DNA of 64,000 nucleotides, from positions 868,001 to 932,000 of the forward strand of contig CDROCS010000253.1 of the NCBI GenBank assembly GCA_977020255.1, read 5' to 3'. This document shows positions 45,874 to 56,498 of this stretch, piece after piece. The translations under genes and the position numbers were made by a program. Positions within the stretch are counted from its first letter, which is position 1. Every line of letters starts with the position of its first letter. Source of the DNA: Obrimoposthia wandeli. Taxonomy: Eukaryota. Below the pieces are notes generated by a model that saw only the letters and a program-made list of their open reading frames with translations, did not search any database and was not told the origin of the DNA.

Positions 45874-48660
45874 TTGGATAGATGTTTGAAAGCTTATTCG
45901 TATATATTTTTACTACTTATTTCTTCTTCGTTAGCTGCTTCACAAGAAGACAAGCTTTATGAAACAGCTCGTAGCGCATTAAACGATCATAAATATAATG
46001 AGGCGCTGATACATGTAAAAAATATACTAAGAACATCACCAGAGCACTTAGCCTCACATATCTTAATCGCTGAAATATTGCTCGCACACGGTAGTGCTAG
46101 TGCGGCAGAAGCAGCATTAACGAAGGCGGCTTCTCTAGGCGCAAATAAGAAGCAGTTACGACTATTATTTGCTAAATCCTACATTATGCAAGAGCAATAT
46201 AATAAAACCTTAGATTACCTACCAGAACAAACTAATAACGACAAATTAGCCGCTAAAATTTATGTACTTCGTGGTGATGCTCATTTGGGGTTACGACAAC
46301 TAAAACTATCACAAAATGATTACCACACAGCCTTAGCTTTTAATGCTAAAAATATAGATGCCAAGCTAGGGTTAGCGCAAATTGCCGTTAATTACTTTCA
46401 ATTCCGTCAGGCAGATAAGCTCGTTGATGAGGTGTTAGCTGGGTATATTCCGCCGATTAAAGCTTGGAATTTGAAAGCGAGTATTCAGCAAAGTTTAGGC
46501 AATAACGAACTTGCTCTTAATGCCATTAACCAATCGTTGTTGATTAATAAAAATAATATTCAATCACTCATTTTTGCAAGTACCATAAACATCGAATTAC
46601 AGCAATTTGAGTTAGCAGAGCAATACGCAGATACCGTATTAGAGCAAGTGCCGAATGAACCTAAAGCTGAATTTCTTAAAGCAATGGTACAGGTGAGAAA
46701 AAATCAAAATACTGGCCTTGAAAGCTCAATAGACAAAGTTGCACAAATATTGGAACACCTGAGTGATGATGTATTGCAGTCAAACCCTTCTTATTATTAT
46801 TTAGCCAGTATAATTTTATTTCACCAACAAAAATATGAATCAGCAAGAAAATATATAGATAACTATTTATTTATAGATGAAAATAATATTAACGCTTTAA
46901 CACTTGCTGCCACTATTGAATTAGTAGAAAAAAAACCAATGCAAGCTAAAATATTGTTAAGCAGGGCTAATTTTTTAGATCCCAATAACCCGAAAATATT
47001 ATCTATGCTAGGCATGACCTACTTAGAACTAAAGCAGTATGAAAAAGCTCACTTTCACCTTACAAAAGTTAAAGAGCTGAAGCCTAATTTTGGCATCGCA
47101 GACACTCTACTTGCACAAAGCTATTTAGCAACGGGGGTGCCCGAAAAAGCGATTGAACATTTATTAACAGCTTCTGCAGCGGAGTATGACCCAACAATGG
47201 TTGGTCTATTGTTGGTTAAGTCTTATATCAAGTCTGGAAAAATGGATAAGGGTATTAGTGTTGCGAAAAAATTAGCTGAAAACATGCCCGATAATGCAAA
47301 CATTCAGCATCACCTTGGTTATATTTACCAAATTTCAGGTGAGATAGGAAAGGCAAAGTACCAATTTGAACAAGCATTGGCAATTGAACCAAATCATGTG
47401 AAATCTATAATTAGCTTAGCTAACCTCGATTATCAAAATGGTCATGCAAATACTGCTATTAATCGTTTAAAAAAAGCATTAACAATATCAGAAAATGATA
47501 TTTATTTAATTACAGCCTTAGCTAAGTTATATAACCGTACTAATAATTCAGCTGCTAGCGTCATCTTACTAGAAGAACAATTTAAGCTTAATAATAAAGA
47601 TGAAGCGTTATTAAAAAACTTAATTGTTAGTTATGTTGGCAATAAACAGCTGATGCTTGCCATTGAAACACTGAATACTTATTTATTGAATCAAAGAAAA
47701 ACAGTTGAGCTTTATCTTATGCTGGCAAGTTTACAAACAATAAATTCAGATGTGAACTCTGCCGTTAACGCTTATAAATCAGCGATAAAACAAGACGGTG
47801 ATAAAGGAAAGATTTATTTGTTGATGGCCCATGTTTACCAGCAATTTTCTAAAGTACCTGAAGCAATCACTGCCTATAAAAAATCGATGGCTTGGGGTGG
47901 GGATAACGAGAAAGTAATCATAGGATTAGCGCAACTGTATAATGCCGAAAATGATACGGCTAGCGCAATAAAGTTAATTAAATCATTTGAAGTTAATCAT
48001 CCGTTATCTGCCCAATTAGTCGAAGTGTTAGCTAATTCATATTTACGTATCAATCAATATAGCCTAGCTGAAGTGTATTATAAAAAGCGTATTAAATTAG
48101 CGAGTAATGACAGTAGTGTCGTTGGTTTAAACTTAATATACAGAGCGACGAAACGAACCAATAAAGCGGTAGGCTTATTAACAAAGTCGCTAAATGAAAG
48201 TCCAAACAGTTTATTATTAAATACGGCATTAGCTGAACTTTATATCGATCAGTCTCAATGGACCAATGCAGATAAGATATATCAAACATTAGTTAAGCTA
48301 CACCCTAAACACCCGGCTATATTAAATAATGCCAGTTATGTGGCTTTGAATCTACCTGATTACCAACGAGCTGAAGCCTTGGTTAAAAAATCATTGGCAC
48401 TTGTTGATAATCAGCCTGACTCGTTAGACACCCTAGGCTGGATTTATTATCACACGAAAGAATTTAATAAAGCCTTACCTCTGTTTAGAAAAGCCTTAGC
48501 CATCAATAATTCTAATCCGGCAGTGAAATATCATTTAGCGTTAACGCTCAAGGCTATTAATAGAGATAAAGAAGCAATCAAACTCATGGTTGATGTAGTG
48601 AATTCAGATTATTCCCAAAAAGCTGATGCGGATGTATTATTGAAGCAATGGTTAAAATAA
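45874..48660 (+). CDS. prsT: PEP-CTERM system TPR-repeat protein (PrsT-like)
   Basis: 928 aa of TPR-like helical repeats, N-terminal A.IHVKNIL motif, C-terminal LNNASY...DTLGWIYY...YHLA; divergent from a PEP-CTERM gene. Confidence 0.8.
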   Translation: MDRCLKAYSYIFLLLISSSLAASQEDKLYETARSALNDHKYNEALIHVKNILRTSPEHLASHILIAEILLAHGSASAAEAALTKAASLGANKKQLRLLFAKSYIMQEQYNKTLDYLPEQTNNDKLAAKIYVLRGDAHLGLRQLKLSQNDYHTALAFNAKNIDAKLGLAQIAVNYFQFRQADKLVDEVLAGYIPPIKAWNLKASIQQSLGNNELALNAINQSLLINKNNIQSLIFASTINIELQQFELAEQYADTVLEQVPNEPKAEFLKAMVQVRKNQNTGLESSIDKVAQILEHLSDDVLQSNPSYYYLASIILFHQQKYESARKYIDNYLFIDENNINALTLAATIELVEKKPMQAKILLSRANFLDPNNPKILSMLGMTYLELKQYEKAHFHLTKVKELKPNFGIADTLLAQSYLATGVPEKAIEHLLTASAAEYDPTMVGLLLVKSYIKSGKMDKGISVAKKLAENMPDNANIQHHLGYIYQISGEIGKAKYQFEQALAIEPNHVKSIISLANLDYQNGHANTAINRLKKALTISENDIYLITALAKLYNRTNNSAASVILLEEQFKLNNKDEALLKNLIVSYVGNKQLMLAIETLNTYLLNQRKTVELYLMLASLQTINSDVNSAVNAYKSAIKQDGDKGKIYLLMAHVYQQFSKVPEAITAYKKSMAWGGDNEKVIIGLAQLYNAENDTASAIKLIKSFEVNHPLSAQLVEVLANSYLRINQYSLAEVYYKKRIKLASNDSSVVGLNLIYRATKRTNKAVGLLTKSLNESPNSLLLNTALAELYIDQSQWTNADKIYQTLVKLHPKHPAILNNASYVALNLPDYQRAEALVKKSLALVDNQPDSLDTLGWIYYHTKEFNKALPLFRKALAINNSNPAVKYHLALTLKAINRDKEAIKLMVDVVNSDYSQKADADVLLKQWLK

Positions 48661-48718
48661 GGGTGAAGCTCTGAGGAAGGCACTTAGCTAATGTTTCCAG
48701 GGCGTACAAAAGGATCAT

Positions 48719-48747
48719 AAAAAAGGCCGATATTATCGGCCTTTTTT
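48719..48747. terminator. Bidirectional intrinsic terminator between prsT and glmS
   Basis: AAAAAA-GGCCGAT-att-ATCGGCC-TTTTTT. Confidence 0.88.
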
Positions 48748-48806
48748 GCAGTGCTAGTATGAGACTTTATTACGCCCCATACGGTCAGCATTTTATTTTG
48801 AATAAA

Positions 48807-50639
48807 TTACTCTACCGTAACTGATTTCGCTAAATTACGTGGTTGATCGACGTCGGTACCTTTAATTATCGCTACATAATATGAAAGTAACTGTAATGGT
48901 AGGGTGTAAACGATTGGTGCGATAATATCATCACAATGCGGTACGTTAATTACTTTCATGGTGTTGTCACTTTCAAAATGCGCATCAACATCGGCAAAGA
49001 CATACATTAAGCCGCCACGAGCACGCACTTCTTCAACATTTGATTTAAGTTTTTCAATTAAATCATTTTTAGGTGCGACAACAATGACTGGCATTTCCGC
49101 ATCAATCAGCGCTAAAGGACCATGTTTAAGTTCACCCGCAGCATAGGCTTCAGCATGAATATAAGAAATTTCTTTAAGCTTAAGTGCGCCTTCCATTGCA
49201 ATAGGATATTGGTCGCCACGACCTAAAAATAACGCATGGTGTTTATCTGCAAAATCTTCCGCTAAATCTTCAATTGATGAGGCAAGTGCTAAGACTTCAT
49301 CAAGTTTTGCCGGTAATGACATTAGTGATTTAGTAATTTCAGCTTGTTTCTCAGCAGTCATGCCGTGATGCTGGCCAATAGCTACGGTCATCATTAATAA
49401 ACCAACAAGCTGAGTAGTAAAGGCTTTGGTTGATGCTACGCCAATTTCAGCGCCCGCTTTCGTCATAAAGGCAAGGTCAGATTCACGTACTAACGATGAA
49501 CCCGGTACATTACAAATAACTAAGCTAGATTGATAACCAATCTCTTTTGCTAAACGCAAAGCCGCTAACGTATCAGCTGTTTCACCTGATTGCGAAATAG
49601 TAACCAATAAAGAGTTTTTAGGAACAAAAGATTTACGGTATCTAAACTCACTAGCAATTTCAATATTACAAGAAACACCAGCAAGCTCTTCTAACCAATA
49701 TCTTGCCACCATGCCTGAGTGGTAGCTGGTACCACAAGCAATAATTTGTACATGTTCTACATTTTTAAATATCTCATCAGCGCCTTCGCCAAAGGTATTG
49801 ATATCTAACTTGCCGCCCACTACACGACCTTCTAATGAATTACGGATAGCAGTAGGTTGTTCGTAAGTTTCTTTTAACATGTAGTGACGGTATTCGCCTT
49901 TGTCACCACTGTCATGCGAAACGTTAGCATCTTTAGCTTCACGCTCAACAGGTTCGCCATTGGTATCGAAAATACTGACATTAAAGCGACTTATTTGCGC
50001 TACGTCACCTTCTTCAAGATAAGAGAATTTACGTGTTACCGGTAATAACGCCATAATATCTGACGCAATGAAGTTTTCGCCTAAACCGTAACCGATAACT
50101 AATGGACTACCAGAACGAGCAACAATGATGTTGTCTTTATCGCGACTGTCCATTACCACTGTACCGTAAGCACCTTCAAGCTGCTTAACGGTTTTTTGTA
50201 CTGCAGATAATAAGCTGTCACTCGTTTTTAGTTCATGATGAACCAAGTGAGTAATAACTTCGGTATCGGTTTGCGATAGAAATTCATAACCTAAACCCTG
50301 TAACTGACTACGTAAGCTTTGATGATTTTCTATAATGCCATTATGCACTACCGCAATAGTACTATTAGAAACATGAGGGTGAGCATTCGCTTCACTTGGT
50401 ACGCCATGTGTAGCCCAACGTGTGTGTGCTATGCCTGTACCACCTGTTAAAGGTTGTTGCTCTAATGCTTGGGCAAGCTCTTGCACTTTACCTAAACGTT
50501 TTGTTGTTAGTAATTCGTTATTGTTATTGATCACTGCAACACCAGCAGAATCGTAACCGCGATACTCTAATCGCTTTAAACCTTCTACTAAAATGTCTGC
50601 TACATCACGTTGCGCTACTGCGCCGACTATACCGCACAT
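48807..50639 (-). CDS. glmS: Glutamine-fructose-6-phosphate transaminase (isomerizing)
   Basis: N-terminal [38 protein letters not shown] and [14 protein letters not shown]. Confidence 0.99.
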   Translation of the reverse strand: MCGIVGAVAQRDVADILVEGLKRLEYRGYDSAGVAVINNNNELLTTKRLGKVQELAQALEQQPLTGGTGIAHTRWATHGVPSEANAHPHVSNSTIAVVHNGIIENHQSLRSQLQGLGYEFLSQTDTEVITHLVHHELKTSDSLLSAVQKTVKQLEGAYGTVVMDSRDKDNIIVARSGSPLVIGYGLGENFIASDIMALLPVTRKFSYLEEGDVAQISRFNVSIFDTNGEPVEREAKDANVSHDSGDKGEYRHYMLKETYEQPTAIRNSLEGRVVGGKLDINTFGEGADEIFKNVEHVQIIACGTSYHSGMVARYWLEELAGVSCNIEIASEFRYRKSFVPKNSLLVTISQSGETADTLAALRLAKEIGYQSSLVICNVPGSSLVRESDLAFMTKAGAEIGVASTKAFTTQLVGLLMMTVAIGQHHGMTAEKQAEITKSLMSLPAKLDEVLALASSIEDLAEDFADKHHALFLGRGDQYPIAMEGALKLKEISYIHAEAYAAGELKHGPLALIDAEMPVIVVAPKNDLIEKLKSNVEEVRARGGLMYVFADVDAHFESDNTMKVINVPHCDDIIAPIVYTLPLQLLSYYVAIIKGTDVDQPRNLAKSVTVE

Positions 50640-50729
50640 AATCTTGATTCCTTTTTTACTTTTACGTATTTGATTGTTTTGAGCTTGGTTAACGCCATTA
50701 ACTTAAATAAATGAGCTAAGTCAGCTAAG

Positions 50730-51494
50730 TTAACCTTTGGCAATAATTAATTTTACGCCTTGCTCAGTAAGAGCTGTTCGCATTTCATCAGAGAGACCGT
50801 CATCGGTGATCACTGTATGAATTTGCTCCCAGGTTAGTTCTAAATTAGGGATTTTCTTCGTTATTTTTGCCGATTCAACCATAACAATAACTTCACGAGC
50901 GACTTCAGCCATCACTCGGCTCAAGCCAATTAATTCGTTAAAAGTCGTCGTGCCACGCTTAATATCAATACCATCGGCACCGATAAAGAGTTGGTCAAAA
51001 TCGTACGATCGTAAAACTTGTTCAGCTACTTGACCCTGAAAAGCTTCAGAGTTAGCATCCCACGTGCCTCCGGTCATCAATAATGTTGGTTCATTTTCTA
51101 ATGCGTGAATCTCGTTAGCAATGCTAAGTGCATTGGTCATTACCACTAAACCTTTTTTATGAGCTAATTGACTCACTAAAGCAGAGGTAGTTTGACCGCT
51201 ATCGATAATAATACGGTTATGATCACGAATAAGCATGGCTGCCCTTTTCGCAATATGTAATTTCTGTTGAGAAAGAGGATCTGCCTTTGTTTCAGTTATT
51301 TCACTTGGTAGAGCAACCGCACCACCATAACGTCTTAATAATAAACCACTGGTTTCCAGTGCAGCAAGGTCTTTTCGTATGGTAACTTCTGAAGTATCAA
51401 ATTGCTTGGCTAAGCTATCTACGCTCACTTCGCCCTGAGCATTTAAGTCGGCAATTATATTATGACGACGTTGTTGAGTATTTCGTTTCGACAT
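50730..51494 (-). CDS. DeoR/GlpR-family regulator upstream of glmS (GlmR-like)
   Basis: SEVTIRKDL HTH, YGGA, IDSG.T, VMTN, LMTGG and LFIGADGI. Confidence 0.93.
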   Translation of the reverse strand: MSKRNTQQRRHNIIADLNAQGEVSVDSLAKQFDTSEVTIRKDLAALETSGLLLRRYGGAVALPSEITETKADPLSQQKLHIAKRAAMLIRDHNRIIIDSGQTTSALVSQLAHKKGLVVMTNALSIANEIHALENEPTLLMTGGTWDANSEAFQGQVAEQVLRSYDFDQLFIGADGIDIKRGTTTFNELIGLSRVMAEVAREVIVMVESAKITKKIPNLELTWEQIHTVITDDGLSDEMRTALTEQGVKLIIAKG

Positions 51495-51526
51495 GGGATT
51501 TAATGGTTAACTTATATAATTAATTT

Positions 51527-51602
51527 GTTTCGAAAAGTTTCGAGTTGCGAAGTTTAGTTTCGCTATTGCGGGCATTATGTTTCATACCGAAAGATAATGC
51601 AA
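51527..51602 (-). promoter_or_regulatory. Putative promoter TTGCAT-17-CATAAT of DeoR-glmS with phased GTTTCG repeats (51527, 51537, 51557)
   Basis: Hexamers counted on the minus strand (51597-51602 and 51574-51579); repeats in 10-bp phase downstream of the -10. Confidence 0.6.
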
Positions 51603-51659
51603 TTTTTACTTATATTTTCATGATAACTTATTCAACAAGTAATGCTCAAATTTCAGACA

Positions 51660-51688
51660 TAAAAAAAGCGCTATAAAAAGAGCACTTT
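51660..51688 (-). terminator. Probable intrinsic terminator after glmU
   Basis: 8-bp stem AAAGUGCU/AGCGCUUU with one G-U pair, followed by a U tract on the minus strand. Confidence 0.55.
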
Positions 51689-51715
51689 TATAAAATAGTT
51701 AGTTTTATTAGATTA

Positions 51716-53104
51716 TTAACTCTTTTTTACCGGTCGCTGCCAGCCAGCAACATTACGTTGTTTCGCGCGACCAAGTCCTAAACCGTTTTCTTCTACTTGT
51801 TTAGTAATTACAGAGCCGGCACCAATAGTCGCATGCTTGCCAATAATTACTGGTGCTACCAATGAGCTATTAGAGCCAATAAAGGCATTATCACCAATTT
51901 CGGTGGTTGATTTATTTACCCCATCGTAATTACAGGTAATCGTTCCTGCACCAATATTTACTTTGCTGCCTATTTCGGCATTACCAAGATAACTTAAGTG
52001 ACCAGCCTTACTGCCAGTACCAAAAGTGGTATTTTTCATTTCAACAAAGTTGCCGATATGCGAATTTTGTTTCATTACTGAGCCAGGGCGAATACGAGCA
52101 AATGGACCCACTGAACAATCTGCTTCAATAATGGCATCTTCAATAATGCTATTAGGTTTTATTTCAACATTTTCGCCAATAGTACTATTGATAATAATAC
52201 AGTTCGCGCCAATAAGTACGTTATCAGCCAGTGTTACAGTGCCTTCGAAAATACAGTTAACGTCGATGCTAACTTCAGTGCCCGTGGTTAACTTACCACG
52301 AACATCGATGCGTGCAGGGTCACGTAAACTCGCGCCTGCAATCATTAACTCTTCGGCAATACGCGCTTGATAAGCACGCTCTAACGTTGCCAGTTGTACC
52401 CGATTATTCGCGCCTTCTACTTCTATTTCAGTCTCTGGGTGCGCGGTAGCAATCGCTTTGCCTTCACCATGTGCTGAAGCAATAATATCAGTGAGGTAAT
52501 ATTCACCTTGGGCATTATCACTTGATAAGTTGCTTAACCAACGTTTTAAATCGCCGCCATTAGCCAGTAAAATACCGGTATTAGCTTCGTTAATTTTAAG
52601 TTGTTCTGCACTAGCATCTTTTTGTTCAATAATACCAACGACTTGTTGTTGTCCGGCAATTTCTTCACGAACAATACGACCATAGCCCATTGGGTTAGCC
52701 AAGTTTACTGTTAATAGCGCCATGCCATTCTCTGGTTTAGCTGCTAATAAGCTCTCTAAAGTAGATACTTTAGTTAACGGGACATCACCATAAAGTACCA
52801 GTACATTTTCATCATCTTTCAAAAAAGGCGATGCTTGGTCAACCGCATGACCGGTACCTAGTTGATCTTTTTGTTCAACAAACGTTAAGTCATCACCCGT
52901 AATACGCTGTTGTAGCACTTCACCGCCAAAACCATAAACTACATAGATATTGCTTGCGCCGAGTTGGCGAGCACTATCGATAACATGAGCAACCATTGGC
53001 TTGTCGGCGATACTATGAAGTACTTTAGGTAAAGAAGAGCGCATGCGAGTACCTTTACCCGCAGCAAGAATAACGACAGAAAGTGACATAATAAATCCAT
53101 TCAT
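51716..53104 (-). CDS. glmU: Bifunctional UDP-GlcNAc pyrophosphorylase/glucosamine-1-phosphate acetyltransferase; likely start at 53089 (MSLSVVIL)
   Basis: [37 protein letters not shown], hexapeptide repeats and GTITCNYDG. Confidence 0.99.
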   Translation of the reverse strand: MNGFIMSLSVVILAAGKGTRMRSSLPKVLHSIADKPMVAHVIDSARQLGASNIYVVYGFGGEVLQQRITGDDLTFVEQKDQLGTGHAVDQASPFLKDDENVLVLYGDVPLTKVSTLESLLAAKPENGMALLTVNLANPMGYGRIVREEIAGQQQVVGIIEQKDASAEQLKINEANTGILLANGGDLKRWLSNLSSDNAQGEYYLTDIIASAHGEGKAIATAHPETEIEVEGANNRVQLATLERAYQARIAEELMIAGASLRDPARIDVRGKLTTGTEVSIDVNCIFEGTVTLADNVLIGANCIIINSTIGENVEIKPNSIIEDAIIEADCSVGPFARIRPGSVMKQNSHIGNFVEMKNTTFGTGSKAGHLSYLGNAEIGSKVNIGAGTITCNYDGVNKSTTEIGDNAFIGSNSSLVAPVIIGKHATIGAGSVITKQVEENGLGLGRAKQRNVAGWQRPVKKS

Positions 53105-53210
53105 TGAGCATTTTTAAGAGCGCGTATTGTAACCAAGTTTATACCGTCTAGGCTAGTAGGCTTGATTAATATAGTTGCTCTTTAGTTGTTTACCTATTTA
53201 TGAAAGGGCA

Positions 53211-55988
53211 TTAACTTATTGTTAGTGCTGTCACTGTATCAATAGGGTTTGTTTGGTATTGGCTAATTAAGCTGGCTAACTCTGGTTTACAAGAGCCACA
53301 TTTAGTACCGCACTGTAATTTTTTGCCAAGCTTTTCAACACTACTACAGCCTTTTGCTATAGCTTCATTAATGATTTTTTCGCCGACATTGTAACAACTA
53401 CAGATTTGCTTACCTTGGTTGAACTCTTCACTGGCTATTCCAAGTAATAACGATTGAATGGTTGAAAATTCTAACGTCTGTGCACCAAAAACATGCTCAA
53501 GCCACGATGATTCTATTTCAGGCCACTTCGTTGAAAAATAGCTTAAAAAGACAAGTTTACCTGCTTGTAAACACACGATATAAGATTGGTCTTCTTGCTT
53601 AAACGTTAACCATTCTCCTAATAGGCCACTTGTTTGTTGACTCCACAATAAGGCGTCGGCGGTTGGCTCATCTAACGCGATTTGGTAACTATCCCCATAA
53701 GCGGCAGTACTTTTAACCCAAAAGTCAGCCCCAATGTTAACATTAATGTCACTACGACTATGTACACTGATATATTGTTTAAAGGTTTTTTTGCTTAACG
53801 CAACCGCGCCCTGCTTACACTCAGCTTGTCCTGAAATTGGATCAACAATACCTTGATATAAGGCGCTAACATTGGCATGGGAAGCAAAGGTCTCACTCCA
53901 GTGGATTGGCATAAAACACTCACCAATACGCTGCTTATCATCAATTTTAACGTGGGCAATCACTTGACCCTTACCTACCGTGCCTTTTGTTATTCCTTTT
54001 GGGGAGGTAATGCTCAGCATGTCGTCATTTTGAACTGACAAGGTTTGAGCATCTTTAGGATGAAGGTAAAGATAAGGTTTGTCGGTATGCGCGGAAAGTT
54101 TGCTGGTTTTTCCTGTGCGGGTCATGGTGTGCCATTGATCACGAAGTCGGCCACTATTTAACAGAAACGGAAAGCCTGTTGATACTTGCTGAACAGGTAA
54201 TTGAGGTGTTATGCCAATAAACTGTGCTTTCGTTGTAGCTGTGTTAAATTGGCCATCCGCGTAAACTCGAGCACAACCTTGCGGGTGTTTCTTATTAACG
54301 GGCCATTGAATAGGCGCTAACTGATGATATTCTTGCGTTGTCAATTGACTTAAACCCGATAAATCGAGCAGTCGCTCACCTTGGTTTTCAAAACTGGTTA
54401 ACTGAGTATGTTCTTTAAAAACATCACTAACGTCTTCGAAATCAAAACCATCAAAACCCATTGCCTGAGCAACATCACGGATAATCTGCCAATCATGTTT
54501 TGCTTGTCCTGCCGGTGAAACAGCATTGCGTTGACGAGAAATTCGTCGCTCTGAATTTGTGACTGTGCCATTTTTTTCTAACCATGGCGTAGCGGGTAAT
54601 TTTACATCAGCAAAAGCCAAGGTATCATTTTTCTCAACACAATCCGACACCACCACTAATTCACAATTTTTCAGTGCTGCGATGGTTTTATCGCGATCAG
54701 GTAAACTTACTACCGGATTGGTTGCCATTATCCATACCGCTTTAATTTCACCTGACTCAATTTTATCAAACAGTTCAACGGCTTTAGCACCTTGTTTGTT
54801 TGCTATAGTTGGCGATTGCCAAAAACGCTGTACCGTATCTTGATGTTCTGGATTATCAATATCCATATGGGCAGCTAATTGGTTGGCAAGTCCACCAACT
54901 TCCCTGCCTCCCATGGCATTGGGTTGCCCTGTGATTGAAAAAGGCCCACTACCAGCTTTTGCTATTTTTCCACTGGCTAAATGACAGTTAATAATACTCT
55001 GGCATTTATCAACCCCAGAAGACGATTGATTAATACCCATAGAATAGAAGGTAACTGCACTTTTACTCTGACAAAACAATTGATAAACAGCCGTTAGTTC
55101 TTCAGCACTCACTTGACAATATTCAGCCACTTTCGCTACTGACCAGCTTGCCGCTAGCTTTAGAGTTTCTTCAAAACCTTCGGTGAATTCGTCTATATAA
55201 TCCGTGTCTAAACCGCCATTTTCGCTTAAATAATTCAGCAGGCCATTAAAAAAGGCGCCATCAGTACCGGCCTTTAATTGCACAAAATTATCGGCTAGTT
55301 CACAAGTAGCTGTTTTTCTTGGGTCAATCACCACAACTTTCATCAAAGGATTTATTTTTTTAGCGCGCTCAATACGTTGATATAAAACAGGATGTGTCCA
55401 CGCGGCGTTTGAGCCGGTGAGTAATAACAGCTCTGTTTGCTCAAGATCTTCATAAGTACAAGGTACTACATCTTCGCCAAATGCTCGTTTATAAGCAGAT
55501 ACTGCCGACGACATACAAAGTCTAGAGTTAGTATCAATATTGCCTGAGCCGATATAACCCTTCATCAATTTATTAGCGAGATAATAGTCTTCCGTCAATA
55601 ATTGCCCTGATACATAAAAAGCAACGGCATCTTTACCGTGCTTTTTGATAATATCGCTAAATTGAGTTGCTACATGGTCTATCGCTTGTTGCCAACTCAC
55701 TTGTTGACCTGAAATTTCAGGTACCAATAAACGATTAGTTAAATCTATAGTATTAAGTAAGTTACTGCCTTTAACGCACAATCTGCCAAAGTTTGCCGGA
55801 TGATCTACTGAGCCAACTAATGACACGGCTTTACCATCGGCTACGCCAATATCAACCCCACAGCCCACGCCACAATAAGCGCAGGTACTTTGAATAAGTG
55901 ACGGTGTATTCTCTGCTAAAGCGGCTAAGGCAGGTGAAACGTGCGCTGAAGCAGGTATCAATCTGCTCATACTGAACTCCTCAAACAA
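53211..55988 (-). CDS. nasA: Assimilatory nitrate reductase catalytic subunit (NasA/NasC type) with C-terminal BFD-like [2Fe-2S] domain
   Basis: TCAYCGVGCG...LCVKG, DTNSRLCMSSA, GQPNAMGGRE, GRLRDQWHTMTRT and CSC...CGTKCGSC. Confidence 0.95.
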   Translation of the reverse strand: MFEEFSMSRLIPASAHVSPALAALAENTPSLIQSTCAYCGVGCGVDIGVADGKAVSLVGSVDHPANFGRLCVKGSNLLNTIDLTNRLLVPEISGQQVSWQQAIDHVATQFSDIIKKHGKDAVAFYVSGQLLTEDYYLANKLMKGYIGSGNIDTNSRLCMSSAVSAYKRAFGEDVVPCTYEDLEQTELLLLTGSNAAWTHPVLYQRIERAKKINPLMKVVVIDPRKTATCELADNFVQLKAGTDGAFFNGLLNYLSENGGLDTDYIDEFTEGFEETLKLAASWSVAKVAEYCQVSAEELTAVYQLFCQSKSAVTFYSMGINQSSSGVDKCQSIINCHLASGKIAKAGSGPFSITGQPNAMGGREVGGLANQLAAHMDIDNPEHQDTVQRFWQSPTIANKQGAKAVELFDKIESGEIKAVWIMATNPVVSLPDRDKTIAALKNCELVVVSDCVEKNDTLAFADVKLPATPWLEKNGTVTNSERRISRQRNAVSPAGQAKHDWQIIRDVAQAMGFDGFDFEDVSDVFKEHTQLTSFENQGERLLDLSGLSQLTTQEYHQLAPIQWPVNKKHPQGCARVYADGQFNTATTKAQFIGITPQLPVQQVSTGFPFLLNSGRLRDQWHTMTRTGKTSKLSAHTDKPYLYLHPKDAQTLSVQNDDMLSITSPKGITKGTVGKGQVIAHVKIDDKQRIGECFMPIHWSETFASHANVSALYQGIVDPISGQAECKQGAVALSKKTFKQYISVHSRSDINVNIGADFWVKSTAAYGDSYQIALDEPTADALLWSQQTSGLLGEWLTFKQEDQSYIVCLQAGKLVFLSYFSTKWPEIESSWLEHVFGAQTLEFSTIQSLLLGIASEEFNQGKQICSCYNVGEKIINEAIAKGCSSVEKLGKKLQCGTKCGSCKPELASLISQYQTNPIDTVTALTIS

Positions 55989-56045
55989 TCTATTAGACTA
56001 TCTATTAGGTAAGTATAATTATCGAACAAATAATGTAGGAACAAG

Positions 56046-56483
56046 TTAATAAAGCACTTGTACTTGTTCATTTTCAATACGAATATCGTAAACAGAGATA
56101 CTTTCATCTTCCTGTAGGCAACGCCCTGTTTTTAATGAGAAATGCTGTTTGTATAACGGTGAAGACACCACAGGTTCATCGTCAATAGAGCCAACAATGC
56201 CACGATAAAGCACGTTGGCTTTACCGATAGGGTCGTAGTTTGCTACCGCATATATTTTTTCTTCGCTGTTAGGTAAATGAAAAATAGCAATTTGCTCTTC
56301 TACTTTTTGCTCATTGGCTTCGTTCACATCATTGACAAGTAAGGCGCTAATACCTGAATCTTTTACTAAGTCTGCTGATCCGCAGATAGTACGCCATGAT
56401 TTTTCAGTAATTACGTGCGCTTGAGTTACTTTAGTTTGGCTTGCTTTGTTTACTGTATTTAAAAATGTGGTTGAAAGTGTCAT
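56046..56483 (-). CDS. nirD: Nitrite reductase (NADH) small subunit
   Basis: QIAIF, NYDPIGKANVLYRGIVG and SPLYKQHFSL.TG.C; follows nirB. Confidence 0.93.
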   Translation of the reverse strand: MTLSTTFLNTVNKASQTKVTQAHVITEKSWRTICGSADLVKDSGISALLVNDVNEANEQKVEEQIAIFHLPNSEEKIYAVANYDPIGKANVLYRGIVGSIDDEPVVSSPLYKQHFSLKTGRCLQEDESISVYDIRIENEQVQVLY

Positions 56484-56498
56484 TGGGTTGTACTCCTC

